Positions 1 to 8,845 of a DNA stretch of 64,000 nt are shown here, one piece after another (the stretch's first letter is position 1; each line of letters starts with the position of its first letter). The notes under the pieces are model-generated. The model was not told where the DNA came from. It saw only the letters and a program-made list of their open reading frames with translations, and ran no database searches. The stretch lies in IMG/VR virus record IMGVR_UViG_3300013005_000034, positions 9,652 through 73,651 of that record; one strand, 5' to 3'. Both the position numbers and the translations under genes were made by a program. This DNA is from a virus.

Positions 1-243
1 TATTTGTTGAGGATGTAACCGAAAGTAACTTTCATCCCTCGCAAGTAAATGAAATAATAAATGAAATAAATGATAAACACGATTATTCATTTACAATAGC
101 AGAATCAAAATCAGTAAAAAAACAAACTATATCTTTAATCAAATACCATTTGAGAAAAGTTGAAAAAGAGTTAAGTTATTTTAGAAGGCATCAGGAGTGT
201 TACCAAAAGGCACTTGATAGAGTTTCAACAACAGATTTAATCA

Positions 244-447
244 ATGAAAATGAATAATAAAAGACCTTACAGATTAAAAGGCAATAAGTATCAGTTAGTT
301 AATTTAAAGAAATTAACAGGGGAAGAAGTTTATTTGAGCAGAAACCAAGTTTTTGAAATAAACAACTTATTATTTGCCATAAAAGAAATTAACATAGAAA
401 TTAAAAACATAATCAAAGATGGCAAAAAAGGTACAAATAAAAGATGA
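244..447 (+). CDS. hypothetical protein
   Basis: ORF in the co-oriented early gene cluster; no motif recognised. Confidence 0.5.
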   Translation: MKMNNKRPYRLKGNKYQLVNLKKLTGEEVYLSRNQVFEINNLLFAIKEINIEIKNIIKDGKKGTNKR

Positions 448-652
448 TTTAATCACAAATGAAGAATACAAAACTTTGAATATTATCTTAAATAAGATTC
501 GTGTTCAGTTAAATTCCAAGATAAGCATTAGAGATACATTAGATGGCTTTATTATTATTCAAACTTACAATGATTCAGGAATAATTAGAAGTGAGGTGAA
601 AACAAATAGCATAAAAACTGGTGTTAATTTTCTATATAACAAAATTTATTAA
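419..652 (+). CDS. hypothetical protein
   Basis: ORF overlapping the upstream gene in a tight operon. Confidence 0.55.
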   Translation: MAKKVQIKDDLITNEEYKTLNIILNKIRVQLNSKISIRDTLDGFIIIQTYNDSGIIRSEVKTNSIKTGVNFLYNKIY

Positions 653-681
653 ATGAAATGTAATTTAAAATTATAATAAAA

Positions 682-846
682 ATGATAAAAGTAGGAAGTG
701 ATTTTAGCGGAGTTGGTGCTTTTAATCAAGCACTTATGAGATTAGGTATTGATTATGAAGAAGTATTTGCTTGTGAAAGTAAAAGAAAAGAAAAATTAAT
801 AATTAAATATGGAAAACTTAAAAAAAGAAATAGCCAAAAATATTAG
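682..846 (+). pseudogene. N-terminal remnant of a C5-cytosine DNA methyltransferase
   Basis: Not in ORF track; translates MIKVGSDFSGVGAFNQALMRLGIDYEEVFACE (motif I FxGxG and motif II), then runs into low-complexity sequence and stops at 54 aa. Confidence 0.7.
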
Positions 847-1018
847 GGCTAAAAGAAAAGAACTAAAATTAAAGCAACATCAAGTTGCCAAAGAATTAAA
901 TATTATACGAAATGCAGTAAGCAGATTGGAAAGTGGCAATCATTTAATTTCTATTGATGTGCTATATAAACTATGCAAGATATTTAATTGCGAATCCAAA
1001 GAAATACTTAAATTCTAA
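809..1018 (+). CDS. XRE-family helix-turn-helix regulator
   Basis: IRAKRKELKLKQHQVAKELNIIRNAVSRLESG matches the HTH_3 pattern. Confidence 0.85.
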   Translation: MENLKKEIAKNIRAKRKELKLKQHQVAKELNIIRNAVSRLESGNHLISIDVLYKLCKIFNCESKEILKF

Positions 1019-1022
1019 AAAC

Positions 1023-1199
1023 ATGAAACAAGAAAAAGAACAACAACAAGAACAACAATCAGCATTAGATTATTTTTGGAAACAAATAAGTAATAAATAC
1101 TTAGATAGCTATCAAAAAGAATTATTTACTAAATTTTATGAAAAGGCTAAGTTAATTGAAATAGAACAGCAAAAAAAAACACAATTAAAAATTAAATAA
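1023..1199 (+). CDS. small phage protein (QxAxxF...EKAKxxExxQ family)
   Basis: Likely start ATG 1023; shares motifs with 17851-18105 and 18389-18646. Confidence 0.55.
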   Translation: MKQEKEQQQEQQSALDYFWKQISNKYLDSYQKELFTKFYEKAKLIEIEQQKKTQLKIK

Positions 1200-1490
1200 A
1201 TGGAAGTAGGTCAAACATATTTAGGAAAAGAGATAAAAGAAAAGCACGAATTTAACGTGGAGGGTACTTTTGAAAGTTTTTACGCAGCTCGTACTTGGGC
1301 AGTAAATAGGGGTTATGAAATAGGCTCTATGGATGGTCGTAATCCAATAGCAATGATGAAAGGTTATGACTATGTTGCTAAATGGCATAACTTAAACAGG
1401 AAAGAACAACAATCTGTTCATGGAGTAATGATTTCAGATTATTTTAGAGAAAAGCCAGTAACAATATTAATTTTTGAAAATTCAAATTAA
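1200..1490 (+). CDS. hypothetical phage protein
   Basis: ORF abutting the upstream stop codon. Confidence 0.65.
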   Translation: MEVGQTYLGKEIKEKHEFNVEGTFESFYAARTWAVNRGYEIGSMDGRNPIAMMKGYDYVAKWHNLNRKEQQSVHGVMISDYFREKPVTILIFENSN

Positions 1491-1494
1491 TATT

Positions 1495-1644
1495 ATGAAA
1501 AAAACAACACTAATAGCAATCGCACTTTTATTGTTAATAATAATGATAACAAATGCAATTTTTAATAAAGACAAAAGTTCAGGATATATTATCGGGATTT
1601 GTGCAGGTCTATGTTTTGGTAGAATTTTAGCTGAAATAATATAA
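1495..1644 (+). CDS. small membrane protein
   Basis: 49-aa ORF not in track with two hydrophobic stretches. Confidence 0.45.
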   Translation: MKKTTLIAIALLLLIIMITNAIFNKDKSSGYIIGICAGLCFGRILAEII

Positions 1645-1669
1645 TGGAAACAAAATTTAATTAAAAAGA

Positions 1670-1852
1670 ATGAAAGACCAAAAATTTTTAATAGTAGAAA
1701 GCGCAAAAGAAGTGAATGATTATTTAGAAAAAGGATGGGAAGTAGTTTCGGTTACGCCTCAATCAGTTTCAGTTTCAGTAACTTCTTCTTCTTACGTTTA
1801 CAAAGAATTAGTAGGGAAGTTTGCAGTAGTAATTCAAAAGATAAAACAATAA
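1670..1852 (+). CDS. small protein, DUF4177-like
   Basis: EVNDYLEKGWEVVSV resembles the 'LNxLGxEGWELV' motif. Confidence 0.5.
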   Translation: MKDQKFLIVESAKEVNDYLEKGWEVVSVTPQSVSVSVTSSSYVYKELVGKFAVVIQKIKQ

Positions 1853-2430
1853 TGGAAAATATTATAAACACAGGATATTATATGCTAATAGTAGATGATT
1901 CAGAGATTAAAAAGGAAACCTATTGTTATGATTCTATAAACAATATTCTTGTTTTCTACAAAGGTAGCATGAAGAATATTGGATTTCAAAAAGTGATTAG
2001 TCATTTACCACTCAATAACTCACCAATACTTGAAAATGTACCTCTTTTACCACCACTTGAAGATGATAATATACATTTTGGAGATTTAAGAAATGTAGAT
2101 GTAGATTCTTTTATGAGTGGCTACAACAAAGCCGAAGAGAAGTATAATTTAACTTTAGATAAGTTGCTTGACTTATACATTGAAGAAAGCGGTTATGGTA
2201 TGGATATGTGGAGTAAAGAAGAAAATGCAACAATGAATATTGTAACTAAAATCATCCAATCCCTCCAACAACCAAAGATGCCTGTTGGGTTTAAGTGTGA
2301 AATAGAAGCAATGAACATAGATGAAATTAGAGAACAAGGAAAAGGTTTTTTAAATACTAATACAAAGAAATTAAAAACAATAACCAACTCACAAGGTCTT
2401 ACTCAATTAGTAGGGGAATACATTTATTAA
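1852..2430 (+). CDS. hypothetical protein, paralog of 17210-17830
   Basis: Start ATG 1852 overlaps the upstream TAA; shares blocks IVDDSEIK, HLPLNNSPILE, QPKMPV and NSQG..Q.VGEYIY. Confidence 0.7.
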   Translation: MENIINTGYYMLIVDDSEIKKETYCYDSINNILVFYKGSMKNIGFQKVISHLPLNNSPILENVPLLPPLEDDNIHFGDLRNVDVDSFMSGYNKAEEKYNLTLDKLLDLYIEESGYGMDMWSKEENATMNIVTKIIQSLQQPKMPVGFKCEIEAMNIDEIREQGKGFLNTNTKKLKTITNSQGLTQLVGEYIY

Positions 2431-2449
2431 CTAAAATCAAATAAAAAAA

Positions 2450-3478
2450 ATGAGAACATTAGCATCAATTCAAACAATAAAAGACATACAGCCAATAGAA
2501 AATGCCGATAGTATTGAGGTAGCAAGTATATTGGGTTGGAAAGTAGTAGTGTTGAAAAATCAATTCAAAGTTGGCGATAAGGTTGTTTATTGCGAAATAG
2601 ATAGTTTATTGCCAGATATTGAAATATTTTCGTTCCTAAAACCAAGAGGTATGAGAATAAAAACTATTAGATTAAAAGGTCAAATAAGTCAGGGGATTTG
2701 CTTTCCGCTATCCACCGTTGAGTATTTTGGCTTACTTCCCGAAGATATGATTGAAGGGCAAAATGTAACCGAAGCAATAGGTGTCGTTAAACACGAACCA
2801 CCTATCCCAGCTTGTTTAAGTGGAGTTATGAAAGGAAAGTTCCCTTCGTTCATTCCTAAAACAGATGAAACAAGAGTGCAAGTATTACAAAAACTATTAG
2901 ATAAATACGAGGGAACTAATTGCTACATTACCGAAAAAATTGATGGTAGTTCCGTTACCTATTACTTAAAAGATGGGGAATTTGGTGTTTGTAGTCGAAA
3001 TATGGAATTGTTGGAATCCGAAGAAAATACATTTTGGAAAATGGCAAGACAACTTAACATTGAAAACAAATTAAGGTCTTATGGAAAAAACATTGCTATA
3101 CAGGGTGAATCGTTTGGCGAAAAAATACAAGACAACAAACTAAAAATAAAAGGGCATAGGGTATTATTTTTCAATGCTTTTGATATTGACAGGTTTGAGT
3201 ATTTTAATTTTGAACAGTTTGCCTTACTAATGGCAAATTTAGGATTGGATAATGTTCCTATTTTAGATTTCAACTATAAACTATCTAACAGTATTGATAG
3301 AATTATTGAAATGTCAAAAATAAAAAGCACCTTAAATAAAGATGTTTGGGCGGAGGGAATAGTAATTAGACCTCACAAAGAACGTATTGATTTGATGCTT
3401 TCAAATGAAAATTTCAACAATGGTCGTGTAAGTTTTAAAGCAATAAACCCTGAATTTTTAATTAAGTATGGAGAATAA
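2450..3478 (+). CDS. ATP-dependent RNA ligase, DRB0094-like family
   Basis: N-terminal OB-like domain (LASIQ..I.PIENAD.IE...GW.VV), motif I EKIDGSS, QGE, EGIV and FKAIN. Confidence 0.88.
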   Translation: MRTLASIQTIKDIQPIENADSIEVASILGWKVVVLKNQFKVGDKVVYCEIDSLLPDIEIFSFLKPRGMRIKTIRLKGQISQGICFPLSTVEYFGLLPEDMIEGQNVTEAIGVVKHEPPIPACLSGVMKGKFPSFIPKTDETRVQVLQKLLDKYEGTNCYITEKIDGSSVTYYLKDGEFGVCSRNMELLESEENTFWKMARQLNIENKLRSYGKNIAIQGESFGEKIQDNKLKIKGHRVLFFNAFDIDRFEYFNFEQFALLMANLGLDNVPILDFNYKLSNSIDRIIEMSKIKSTLNKDVWAEGIVIRPHKERIDLMLSNENFNNGRVSFKAINPEFLIKYGE

Positions 3479-3968
3479 AAAAGTATTATTTCTTGACCAC
3501 GATGGAGTAATTTGTTTGGCTACGGAGTGGGGTAGTCGTTTTAAAAACAAAGAGGGTTTTGATTCTTTATTTGATAGATTCAATCAAAAGGCAATAAATG
3601 TTTTGAATGAAATAATTGATGAAACCGATTGCGAGATAGTTATTAGTTCTGATTGGAGATTTCATTGCTCATTATCAGAAATGCAACAACTATATAAAAT
3701 AAGAGGAATAGCAAAACCCCCTATGGCATATACTCGTTCTGATTTAGATTGGAAACTATTTTTAGATGTTAATCCCAATAATGAATTAGAAAAAACAAGA
3801 GTTATGGAGATATTAAGTTATGTAAAGGAATATAATTTAGTTAATTGGGTAGCAGTAGATGATATGGATTTAAGTTTATTAGGGAATTTCGTTCATACTC
3901 CAAAATCTATGGAGGGAATTAAGCAGTCAGGTGTAAAAGAAAAAATAATTAAATTTTTAAACAAATGA
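3468..3968 (+). CDS. HAD-family phosphatase (RNA-repair associated type)
   Basis: FLDHDGV, IVISSDWR and WVAVDD motifs; overlaps the RNA ligase gene. Confidence 0.8.
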   Translation: MENKKVLFLDHDGVICLATEWGSRFKNKEGFDSLFDRFNQKAINVLNEIIDETDCEIVISSDWRFHCSLSEMQQLYKIRGIAKPPMAYTRSDLDWKLFLDVNPNNELEKTRVMEILSYVKEYNLVNWVAVDDMDLSLLGNFVHTPKSMEGIKQSGVKEKIIKFLNK

Positions 3969-4130
3969 GATATAGAATAATGACAATTATATTGTTTTTC
4001 CCTTGCTGTTTGCTTGATTTTTTATTCTTATTAATCATTTATTTGCCTCTTTGGATAGTATGTGGAACTAAATTAACATCAAGGCAACCACTATTAGAAT
4101 GGATATTTGAACAATCAAATAATAAACACA

Positions 4131-4403
4131 ATGAAAACTAAAGAAGAAATAGAACAGTTGGCAGAAAAAGAATATAGAGAATATCCTAACAACCCTTTAG
4201 ATGAACCAGCATGGCATTATAACAAGGATATACATTGCCATAAAAAAAGAAAAGCATTTATCAATGGCTACACTCAATGCCAAGAAAATATTAGTGAAAT
4301 TTTAAAAAAAGCTATTGAATTTGGTTATCAATTAAGGAACAATAATAAACCTATAAATAGTGGAATTGATTGGGTAAATGAATTTAAAAAAACAAAAAAA
4401 TAA
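4131..4403 (+). CDS. hypothetical phage protein
   Basis: Likely start ATG 4131 (MKTKEEIEQLAE). Confidence 0.6.
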   Translation: MKTKEEIEQLAEKEYREYPNNPLDEPAWHYNKDIHCHKKRKAFINGYTQCQENISEILKKAIEFGYQLRNNNKPINSGIDWVNEFKKTKK

Positions 4404-4410
4404 TTTTATC

Positions 4411-4608
4411 ATGAATTGGGAAGCATTTAAAAAAATGACCTTTAAACAAAAGTTATTCACGATTTTTGTTGTTTGTCCAATATTTTTCATTTTTATTATC
4501 CCTTTGAGCAAAGCGGTTGCTAATAAAATCTATGAAAAAAAGAAATATAAAAAAGTAATCAAAAAAGGTTTGCTTTGGGATACTGAATACTTAATAGAAA
4601 AAGACTAA
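4411..4608 (+). CDS. small membrane protein
   Basis: One hydrophobic segment; likely start MNWEAF. Confidence 0.55.
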   Translation: MNWEAFKKMTFKQKLFTIFVVCPIFFIFIIPLSKAVANKIYEKKKYKKVIKKGLLWDTEYLIEKD

Positions 4609-4609
4609 T

Positions 4610-4864
4610 ATGAAAACTAAAGAAGAATTTATAGCAAACTACTTAGATAAAAGTAAAAGGTTGAAAAACCACAACTTACCTTATGGATTACAGTATCTCA
4701 TCTTAGTAGCACAGGTAGAAGAAGATGCCGAAAAGAAGTATAAATCTTACCTTAAAAAACAACAAAATAATGATATTATTTGTCCTAAATGCGGAGGAGA
4801 TAGTTGGAAGTTTAATGCTGTAAAAACAACTATTAAATATTGTAAATGTGGACATGATTTTTAA
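4610..4864 (+). CDS. small Zn-ribbon protein
   Basis: C-terminal CPKCG...CKCGH. Confidence 0.6.
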   Translation: MKTKEEFIANYLDKSKRLKNHNLPYGLQYLILVAQVEEDAEKKYKSYLKKQQNNDIICPKCGGDSWKFNAVKTTIKYCKCGHDF

Positions 4865-4887
4865 CTCACTAAACAAAAAAGATTAAT

Positions 4888-5118
4888 ATGACTAATGGAG
4901 AATATCAACATTTAACAAATGGTTTATTTACTAAACTTAATAGAATAAGCAAAGTATCTAAATATGCAAAGCAAGAAATTCACGATATTTTAAACGAAGA
5001 ATTAAGTGAGCAAGATATTGAAATGGCTCATTCTCGTTTTATTTCTATGATTGAACAAATTGATATATTATCAAGTGAAATTAAAGAGAATTATAAACTA
5101 TTAAACAAACAAGACTAA
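4888..5118 (+). CDS. hypothetical protein
   Basis: Ends NKQD* in the recurrent junction repeat. Confidence 0.6.
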   Translation: MTNGEYQHLTNGLFTKLNRISKVSKYAKQEIHDILNEELSEQDIEMAHSRFISMIEQIDILSSEIKENYKLLNKQD

Positions 5119-5119
5119 T

Positions 5120-5311
5120 ATGAAAAAAACAACATCTATAAAGAAAATATTATGCTTTTTAGGAATACACAAATTAGTATATTATCAAAAAGGACTACAT
5201 ACATCTATAATAGGTTGTACAAGATGCAACAAAACATATTTAGTAGGAGATGTAGAAATATATAATTGTGATTTTGAATTAAAACTAACAAGTAAAAACA
5301 AACAAGATTAA
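5120..5311 (+). CDS. small Zn-binding protein (DUF1660-like)
   Basis: LCFLGIHK...CTRC; ends NKQD*. Confidence 0.55.
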   Translation: MKKTTSIKKILCFLGIHKLVYYQKGLHTSIIGCTRCNKTYLVGDVEIYNCDFELKLTSKNKQD

Positions 5312-5334
5312 TAACAACTAAAAACAAATAACAA

Positions 5335-5622
5335 ATGAAAATACAGCCAAACAAAAAACTAAATAAGTTAAGCAAATTCGATTTAGAATATGTTTTTAAT
5401 TCAGCATTTCCAAAAATACCTAAAGAGGTAGATGAAATTATCATAGCTCACGAAGAAGATTATGTGTTAATAACTAAATTGGGTTGTACTTTAGTTCTAT
5501 TTAGCGATTATAGTATTGAGGTGTTTTCAAACATTATGCCTATTAGGGAAATTAATTTAGTTAATATAACAAACTCTCTAATTGATGTTAGAGCATTAAA
5601 AATCGAAAAAAATGAAAAGTAA
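5335..5622 (+). CDS. hypothetical protein
   Basis: ORF in operon. Confidence 0.55.
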   Translation: MKIQPNKKLNKLSKFDLEYVFNSAFPKIPKEVDEIIIAHEEDYVLITKLGCTLVLFSDYSIEVFSNIMPIREINLVNITNSLIDVRALKIEKNEK

Positions 5623-5998
5623 AGTAAATACTGAATACAAAAAGTGTAGTCATTGCGGAAGTGAAAACATGGTGTCTGATTACCACTATAAGAGTGAAGA
5701 ACTTTATGAGAGTTGCGATGTTTGCGGATTTTACTATTCCAAAATATTATTAAATAATATTGAGGATGGTAACTACCCTAATGATTGGAAACCTGAATAT
5801 AAAGAAACGAAAGGGCTAACTGGATTTGTATTTAAGATTTTCAGTTTTGATTTAGAGGGTTTTTCAGTATGCTTTTGTGAAAAAAAGGATTTAGAAGCAC
5901 TTATAGATAGTTTAGAGAATGACGAATCAGTAGATTTTTTTGGAGTTACATTTAAAGGTAAAAACGGATGTTACAAAACACAAATATTTAAACAATGA
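5612..5998 (+). CDS. Zn-finger protein
   Basis: CSHCG...CDVCG. Confidence 0.6.
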   Translation: MKSKVNTEYKKCSHCGSENMVSDYHYKSEELYESCDVCGFYYSKILLNNIEDGNYPNDWKPEYKETKGLTGFVFKIFSFDLEGFSVCFCEKKDLEALIDSLENDESVDFFGVTFKGKNGCYKTQIFKQ

Positions 5999-6276
5999 GA
6001 ATAGTATCAGAAATTATTAAAACAAACAGGTTGAAAAAAGGAATTTCAACAAAAGAATTTTCAAAGTATTTAGGAATATCTGAATCTATGCTTTCGAGAA
6101 TAGAGGCAGGAAATAGAAAAATTAGTTCTAATAAGCTAAATAAAGTAGCTAAATTTCTTGAACTCCCTGAAAGAGAAATTAAAGTTCATTATTTAATTGA
6201 TGACATAAAGAATAAATTTTCAAATGATAGTAATTTTAAAGAAGCAATTAAAAGATTAAGCCATGAACACAACTGA
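5995..6276 (+). CDS. XRE-family helix-turn-helix regulator
   Basis: RLKKGISTKEFSKYLGISESMLSRIEAGNR. Confidence 0.85.
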   Translation: MRIVSEIIKTNRLKKGISTKEFSKYLGISESMLSRIEAGNRKISSNKLNKVAKFLELPEREIKVHYLIDDIKNKFSNDSNFKEAIKRLSHEHN

Positions 6277-6601
6277 ACTACTTAATAAAATAAATTACAA
6301 TCCAAAACTTGTAGAAGAAATTATGAATTTCTTTGAGGGTAAGCATAGAATAAAAACATCTTTTGAAAAGTTTTGTAATAAACACTACATAGATGTTAGT
6401 CCTTCTATATTGTTTGATTTTTTTGATAGCATAAATATAAAAATAGCAATTTTACCTTTAAATAATACTGACTTTTGGACTTGTAGAATTTTTACTACCA
6501 ATGGTATTATAATTCTAAATGATTTCTACAATAGAAAAGATGCAATATTAGGCGGATTAGATAGAGCTTTATACATATATAGTAATGGATTTGAATTTTA
6601 A
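6263..6601 (+). CDS. hypothetical protein
   Basis: Overlapping operon ORF. Confidence 0.55.
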   Translation: MNTTELLNKINYNPKLVEEIMNFFEGKHRIKTSFEKFCNKHYIDVSPSILFDFFDSINIKIAILPLNNTDFWTCRIFTTNGIIILNDFYNRKDAILGGLDRALYIYSNGFEF

Positions 6602-6971
6602 TATGAAAACAAAAGATATATTATTGGCAATACAAGAATTTGAAAAAATTGATGATTTAATATGTTTCAAAGAAGAAATAAAATCCTTTAATGGTAAATC
6701 TCTTAGTATTAATAACCAAGTTTATTTACTTGATAATATAGAGGAATTGAAAAGATTATATATTAATGAAGTTTGCGAAAAAAGGAAATATACAAAAGAT
6801 AAGATTGAAAACATTAAAATTTTTGAATATAGAGTTGAAGATTTTATAGATATTTTATATTCCCACCTCATCAGCGAAAATCTAATAAGCATAATTTCTA
6901 ATGCTATTATAAGCGATATTACAACAAAAATTTTTAATGATATTATAAAAGAAAAAATAAACAATAAATAA
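6585..6971 (+). CDS. hypothetical protein
   Basis: Overlapping operon ORF. Confidence 0.55.
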   Translation: MDLNFNMKTKDILLAIQEFEKIDDLICFKEEIKSFNGKSLSINNQVYLLDNIEELKRLYINEVCEKRKYTKDKIENIKIFEYRVEDFIDILYSHLISENLISIISNAIISDITTKIFNDIIKEKINNK

Positions 6972-6978
6972 AAAACAA

Positions 6979-7203
6979 ATGGAACAATTAGAACAACAAT
7001 TAAATGAAAAAATGCTACAAATAGCAAAAGATTACATTCAGAGAAGAAATGATAAACCTTTTGAGCAATACGAGGAGGCAAATTATCTTAATGAAAAATA
7101 CCTTTCAGTAAAAAATGAATTTGAAAAGGAAGGCGATTTTTATATAATCTTAAATGAGTGCATAAAAGTAGTTTTAGGAAAAACAAAAAAAAATACAATA
7201 TGA
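6979..7203 (+). CDS. hypothetical protein
   Basis: ORF after an A-rich leader. Confidence 0.55.
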   Translation: MEQLEQQLNEKMLQIAKDYIQRRNDKPFEQYEEANYLNEKYLSVKNEFEKEGDFYIILNECIKVVLGKTKKNTI

Positions 7204-7355
7204 AAATTAAAAAAAGAAAAATTAAAAACCCTTGTACTATTTGTGGTAAAGAAGTTCGTTGGGGAATTGATGGATGCCCTATTGTTGAAAAAGGCAAAGA
7301 TTTTGAAACTTTATTGGGTGGAGTAAAAGGTATGAAGCATTATGAGTGCAAATAA
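7200..7355 (+). CDS. small Zn-binding protein
   Basis: CTICG...HYEC; likely start ATG 7200. Confidence 0.5.
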   Translation: MKIKKRKIKNPCTICGKEVRWGIDGCPIVEKGKDFETLLGGVKGMKHYECK

Positions 7356-7366
7356 AATTTTTAACA

Positions 7367-7415
7367 TAACGGTTTGCAAATAGGCAATCGTTTTAATGTT
7401 GCTTATTTGCTGTTA
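7367..7415. repeat. attC-like hairpin site 1
   Basis: TAAC-GGTTT-GCAAATAGGCAA...TTGCTTATTTGC-T-GTTA. Confidence 0.8.
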
Positions 7416-7453
7416 GCACCAATACGGATTATTAACAACAAAAATTAAATAAG

Positions 7454-7840
7454 ATGAAAGAATTTAAAAAAGAAAATTTAGAATTTTACTTACCTGATAC
7501 ATTTAAAGGATTAAGTAAAGATTATTTACTTGAATGTATCTTCAATGATGAGATACAGAAAAAATGGAATCCTGATGTTGGAGATATTATTATTGGTTGC
7601 ACTGGCAATATTTTTGTAATTGGGGTTAAAGAAACATTACATGAAAGTATTGGTGGGGCGAGATATTATTTTGGTGGTGGCTCTTGTAATAGAGATGGTG
7701 GTAATATATTAGACAGCACATTTTGTTATACCGCAAATGAATCAGGTAAGTTTTATCACACATTAAAAGGTGAAATTCAAAATATTTATCATTCGTGTAT
7801 TAGAGATTTTAGATACGTTCCTTATCCACACGAAAGGTAG
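7454..7840 (+). CDS. cassette-borne hypothetical protein
   Basis: Flanked by perfect 14-bp IR GTTAGCACCAATAC (7412-7425) / GTATTGGTGCTAAC (7840-7853). Confidence 0.75.
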   Translation: MKEFKKENLEFYLPDTFKGLSKDYLLECIFNDEIQKKWNPDVGDIIIGCTGNIFVIGVKETLHESIGGARYYFGGGSCNRDGGNILDSTFCYTANESGKFYHTLKGEIQNIYHSCIRDFRYVPYPHER

Positions 7841-7849
7841 TATTGGTGC

Positions 7850-7898
7850 TAACGGTTTGCGTATAAAAAATCGTTTTAATGTTTTTTATACGCTGTTA
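7850..7898. repeat. attC-like hairpin site 2
   Basis: TAACGGTTTGCGTATAAAAAATCGTTTTAATGTTTTTTATACGCTGTTA; one mismatch to 14333-14381. Confidence 0.85.
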
Positions 7899-7924
7899 TA
7901 TTTAGTTTTTTAAAACTTTTACAA

Positions 7925-8110
7925 ATGAAAAATATAGAAGAAGCAATACAACTTAACTCAATAGATGAAATTGAGGAAGAAATAAGACAACGAAAGGAAT
8001 TAAGAGCAACGATGGTTGGTCAATTATATCCAAGAATATTAACTGACGAGATTTATAAACTCAATGAAAAGTTGTGGAATATAAGACACTCAAAAGTTTT
8101 AAAAACTTGA
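7925..8110 (+). CDS. cassette-borne hypothetical protein
   Basis: Flanked by 23/26 IR at 7895-7920 / 8092-8117. Confidence 0.7.
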   Translation: MKNIEEAIQLNSIDEIEEEIRQRKELRATMVGQLYPRILTDEIYKLNEKLWNIRHSKVLKT

Positions 8111-8113
8111 ATA

Positions 8114-8228
8114 TAACCGCTAACAGATATATGTAGTTTTAACACAATATTTAATAATATGGAAGAAAGTAAAAATTTAGAACAAAATTTGAATAAGAGT
8201 AATGAAAAATTACATATATCTAATGTTA
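8114..8228. repeat. attC-like hairpin site 3 (long loop)
   Basis: TAAC...AGATATATGTAGTTTT / AAAATTACATATATCT...GTTA. Confidence 0.75.
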
Positions 8229-8407
8229 GTTGTAGTTTATCATACCAACCAAGTTATGTTGAAACTGTTTGTGAAGGTGTGTTTTTCAGAATTAAAGCAC
8301 CATTGATATTCAGTGCTGATGTTTTAGCTTATGCTGGTATATTTTCTTTGTTAGACAAAAAACACACCTTTGAATATTATTGCTTAAAATATCTATCTGA
8401 AAGATAA
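8159..8407 (+). CDS. cassette protein whose N-terminus is encoded inside the att-like site
   Basis: ATG 8159 lies in the loop of site 3 and the ORF reads KLHISNVSCSL across GTTA; 16/17 IR at 8225-8241 / 8403-8419. Confidence 0.7.
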   Translation: MEESKNLEQNLNKSNEKLHISNVSCSLSYQPSYVETVCEGVFFRIKAPLIFSADVLAYAGIFSLLDKKHTFEYYCLKYLSER

Positions 8408-8415
8408 ATTACAAC

Positions 8416-8540
8416 TAACGGTTTGCGTGTATAAGAAGTGGCGGATTAGAACTCCAAAACTTTCAGCAAACGCAGAACTTAATTAGAATTACAAAACATT
8501 AAATAACCAAGAAACCCGCCATTTTTTATACACGCTGTTA
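8416..8540. repeat. attC-like hairpin site 4 (long loop)
   Basis: TAACGGTTT-GCGTGTATAAGAAGTGGCGG / CCGCCATTTTTTATACACGC-TGTTA. Confidence 0.8.
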
Positions 8541-8570
8541 GTGGCTGGGCTTTTCACAAATTGAAACAAA

Positions 8571-8747
8571 ATGAACAAAATATTGATATGTGTATTATTG
8601 CAAATCGTTCTTTTTATTCCATTTTATTTGATATGGAGAAATGATTGTAAAACGATAGGTAAAGACAACTTGGCTGTTAGCTTACAAGAACGATTTTTGT
8701 ATTGGCTAATATTTTGTCCAATTTGGTTGGTTGGTGTGTTGGATTAG
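8571..8747 (+). CDS. cassette-borne small two-TM membrane protein
   Basis: 58-aa ORF not in track (MNKILICVLLQIVLFIPFYLIW...); 13/15 IR at 8537-8551 / 8746-8760. Confidence 0.7.
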   Translation: MNKILICVLLQIVLFIPFYLIWRNDCKTIGKDNLAVSLQERFLYWLIFCPIWLVGVLD

Positions 8748-8756
8748 CCTTGCCAC

Positions 8757-8845
8757 TAACTTACTTCTTTACGCTACAATTAAGGAAATAAAAAGTTATT
8801 AACAATTGCATAATTAAATAAAATAATTACTAATTTTGACCACAA
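8757..8845 (+). repeat. 89-bp array-terminal element (candidate attI-like site plus Bacteroidota promoter), copy 1
   Basis: 82/89 identical to 15443-15531; starts with TAAC; contains GTTATTAAC and TAATTTTG (8831-8838). Confidence 0.8.

Larger units (their letters stand above)
7367..8845. mobile_element. integron-like gene cassette array 1 (4 cassettes)
   Basis: Four attC-like TAAC-hairpin-GTTA sites separate four genes, each bracketed by its own 14-26 bp inverted repeat; the array ends in the shared 89-bp element. Confidence 0.8.

Noticed and set aside
7367-8540. CRISPR array or simple terminators as an explanation for the TAAC...GTTA repeats
   Set aside because: Units vary from 49 to 125 nt and are separated by whole genes; they lack U-tails; and the cross-gene complementarity of the flanks is not explained by either model
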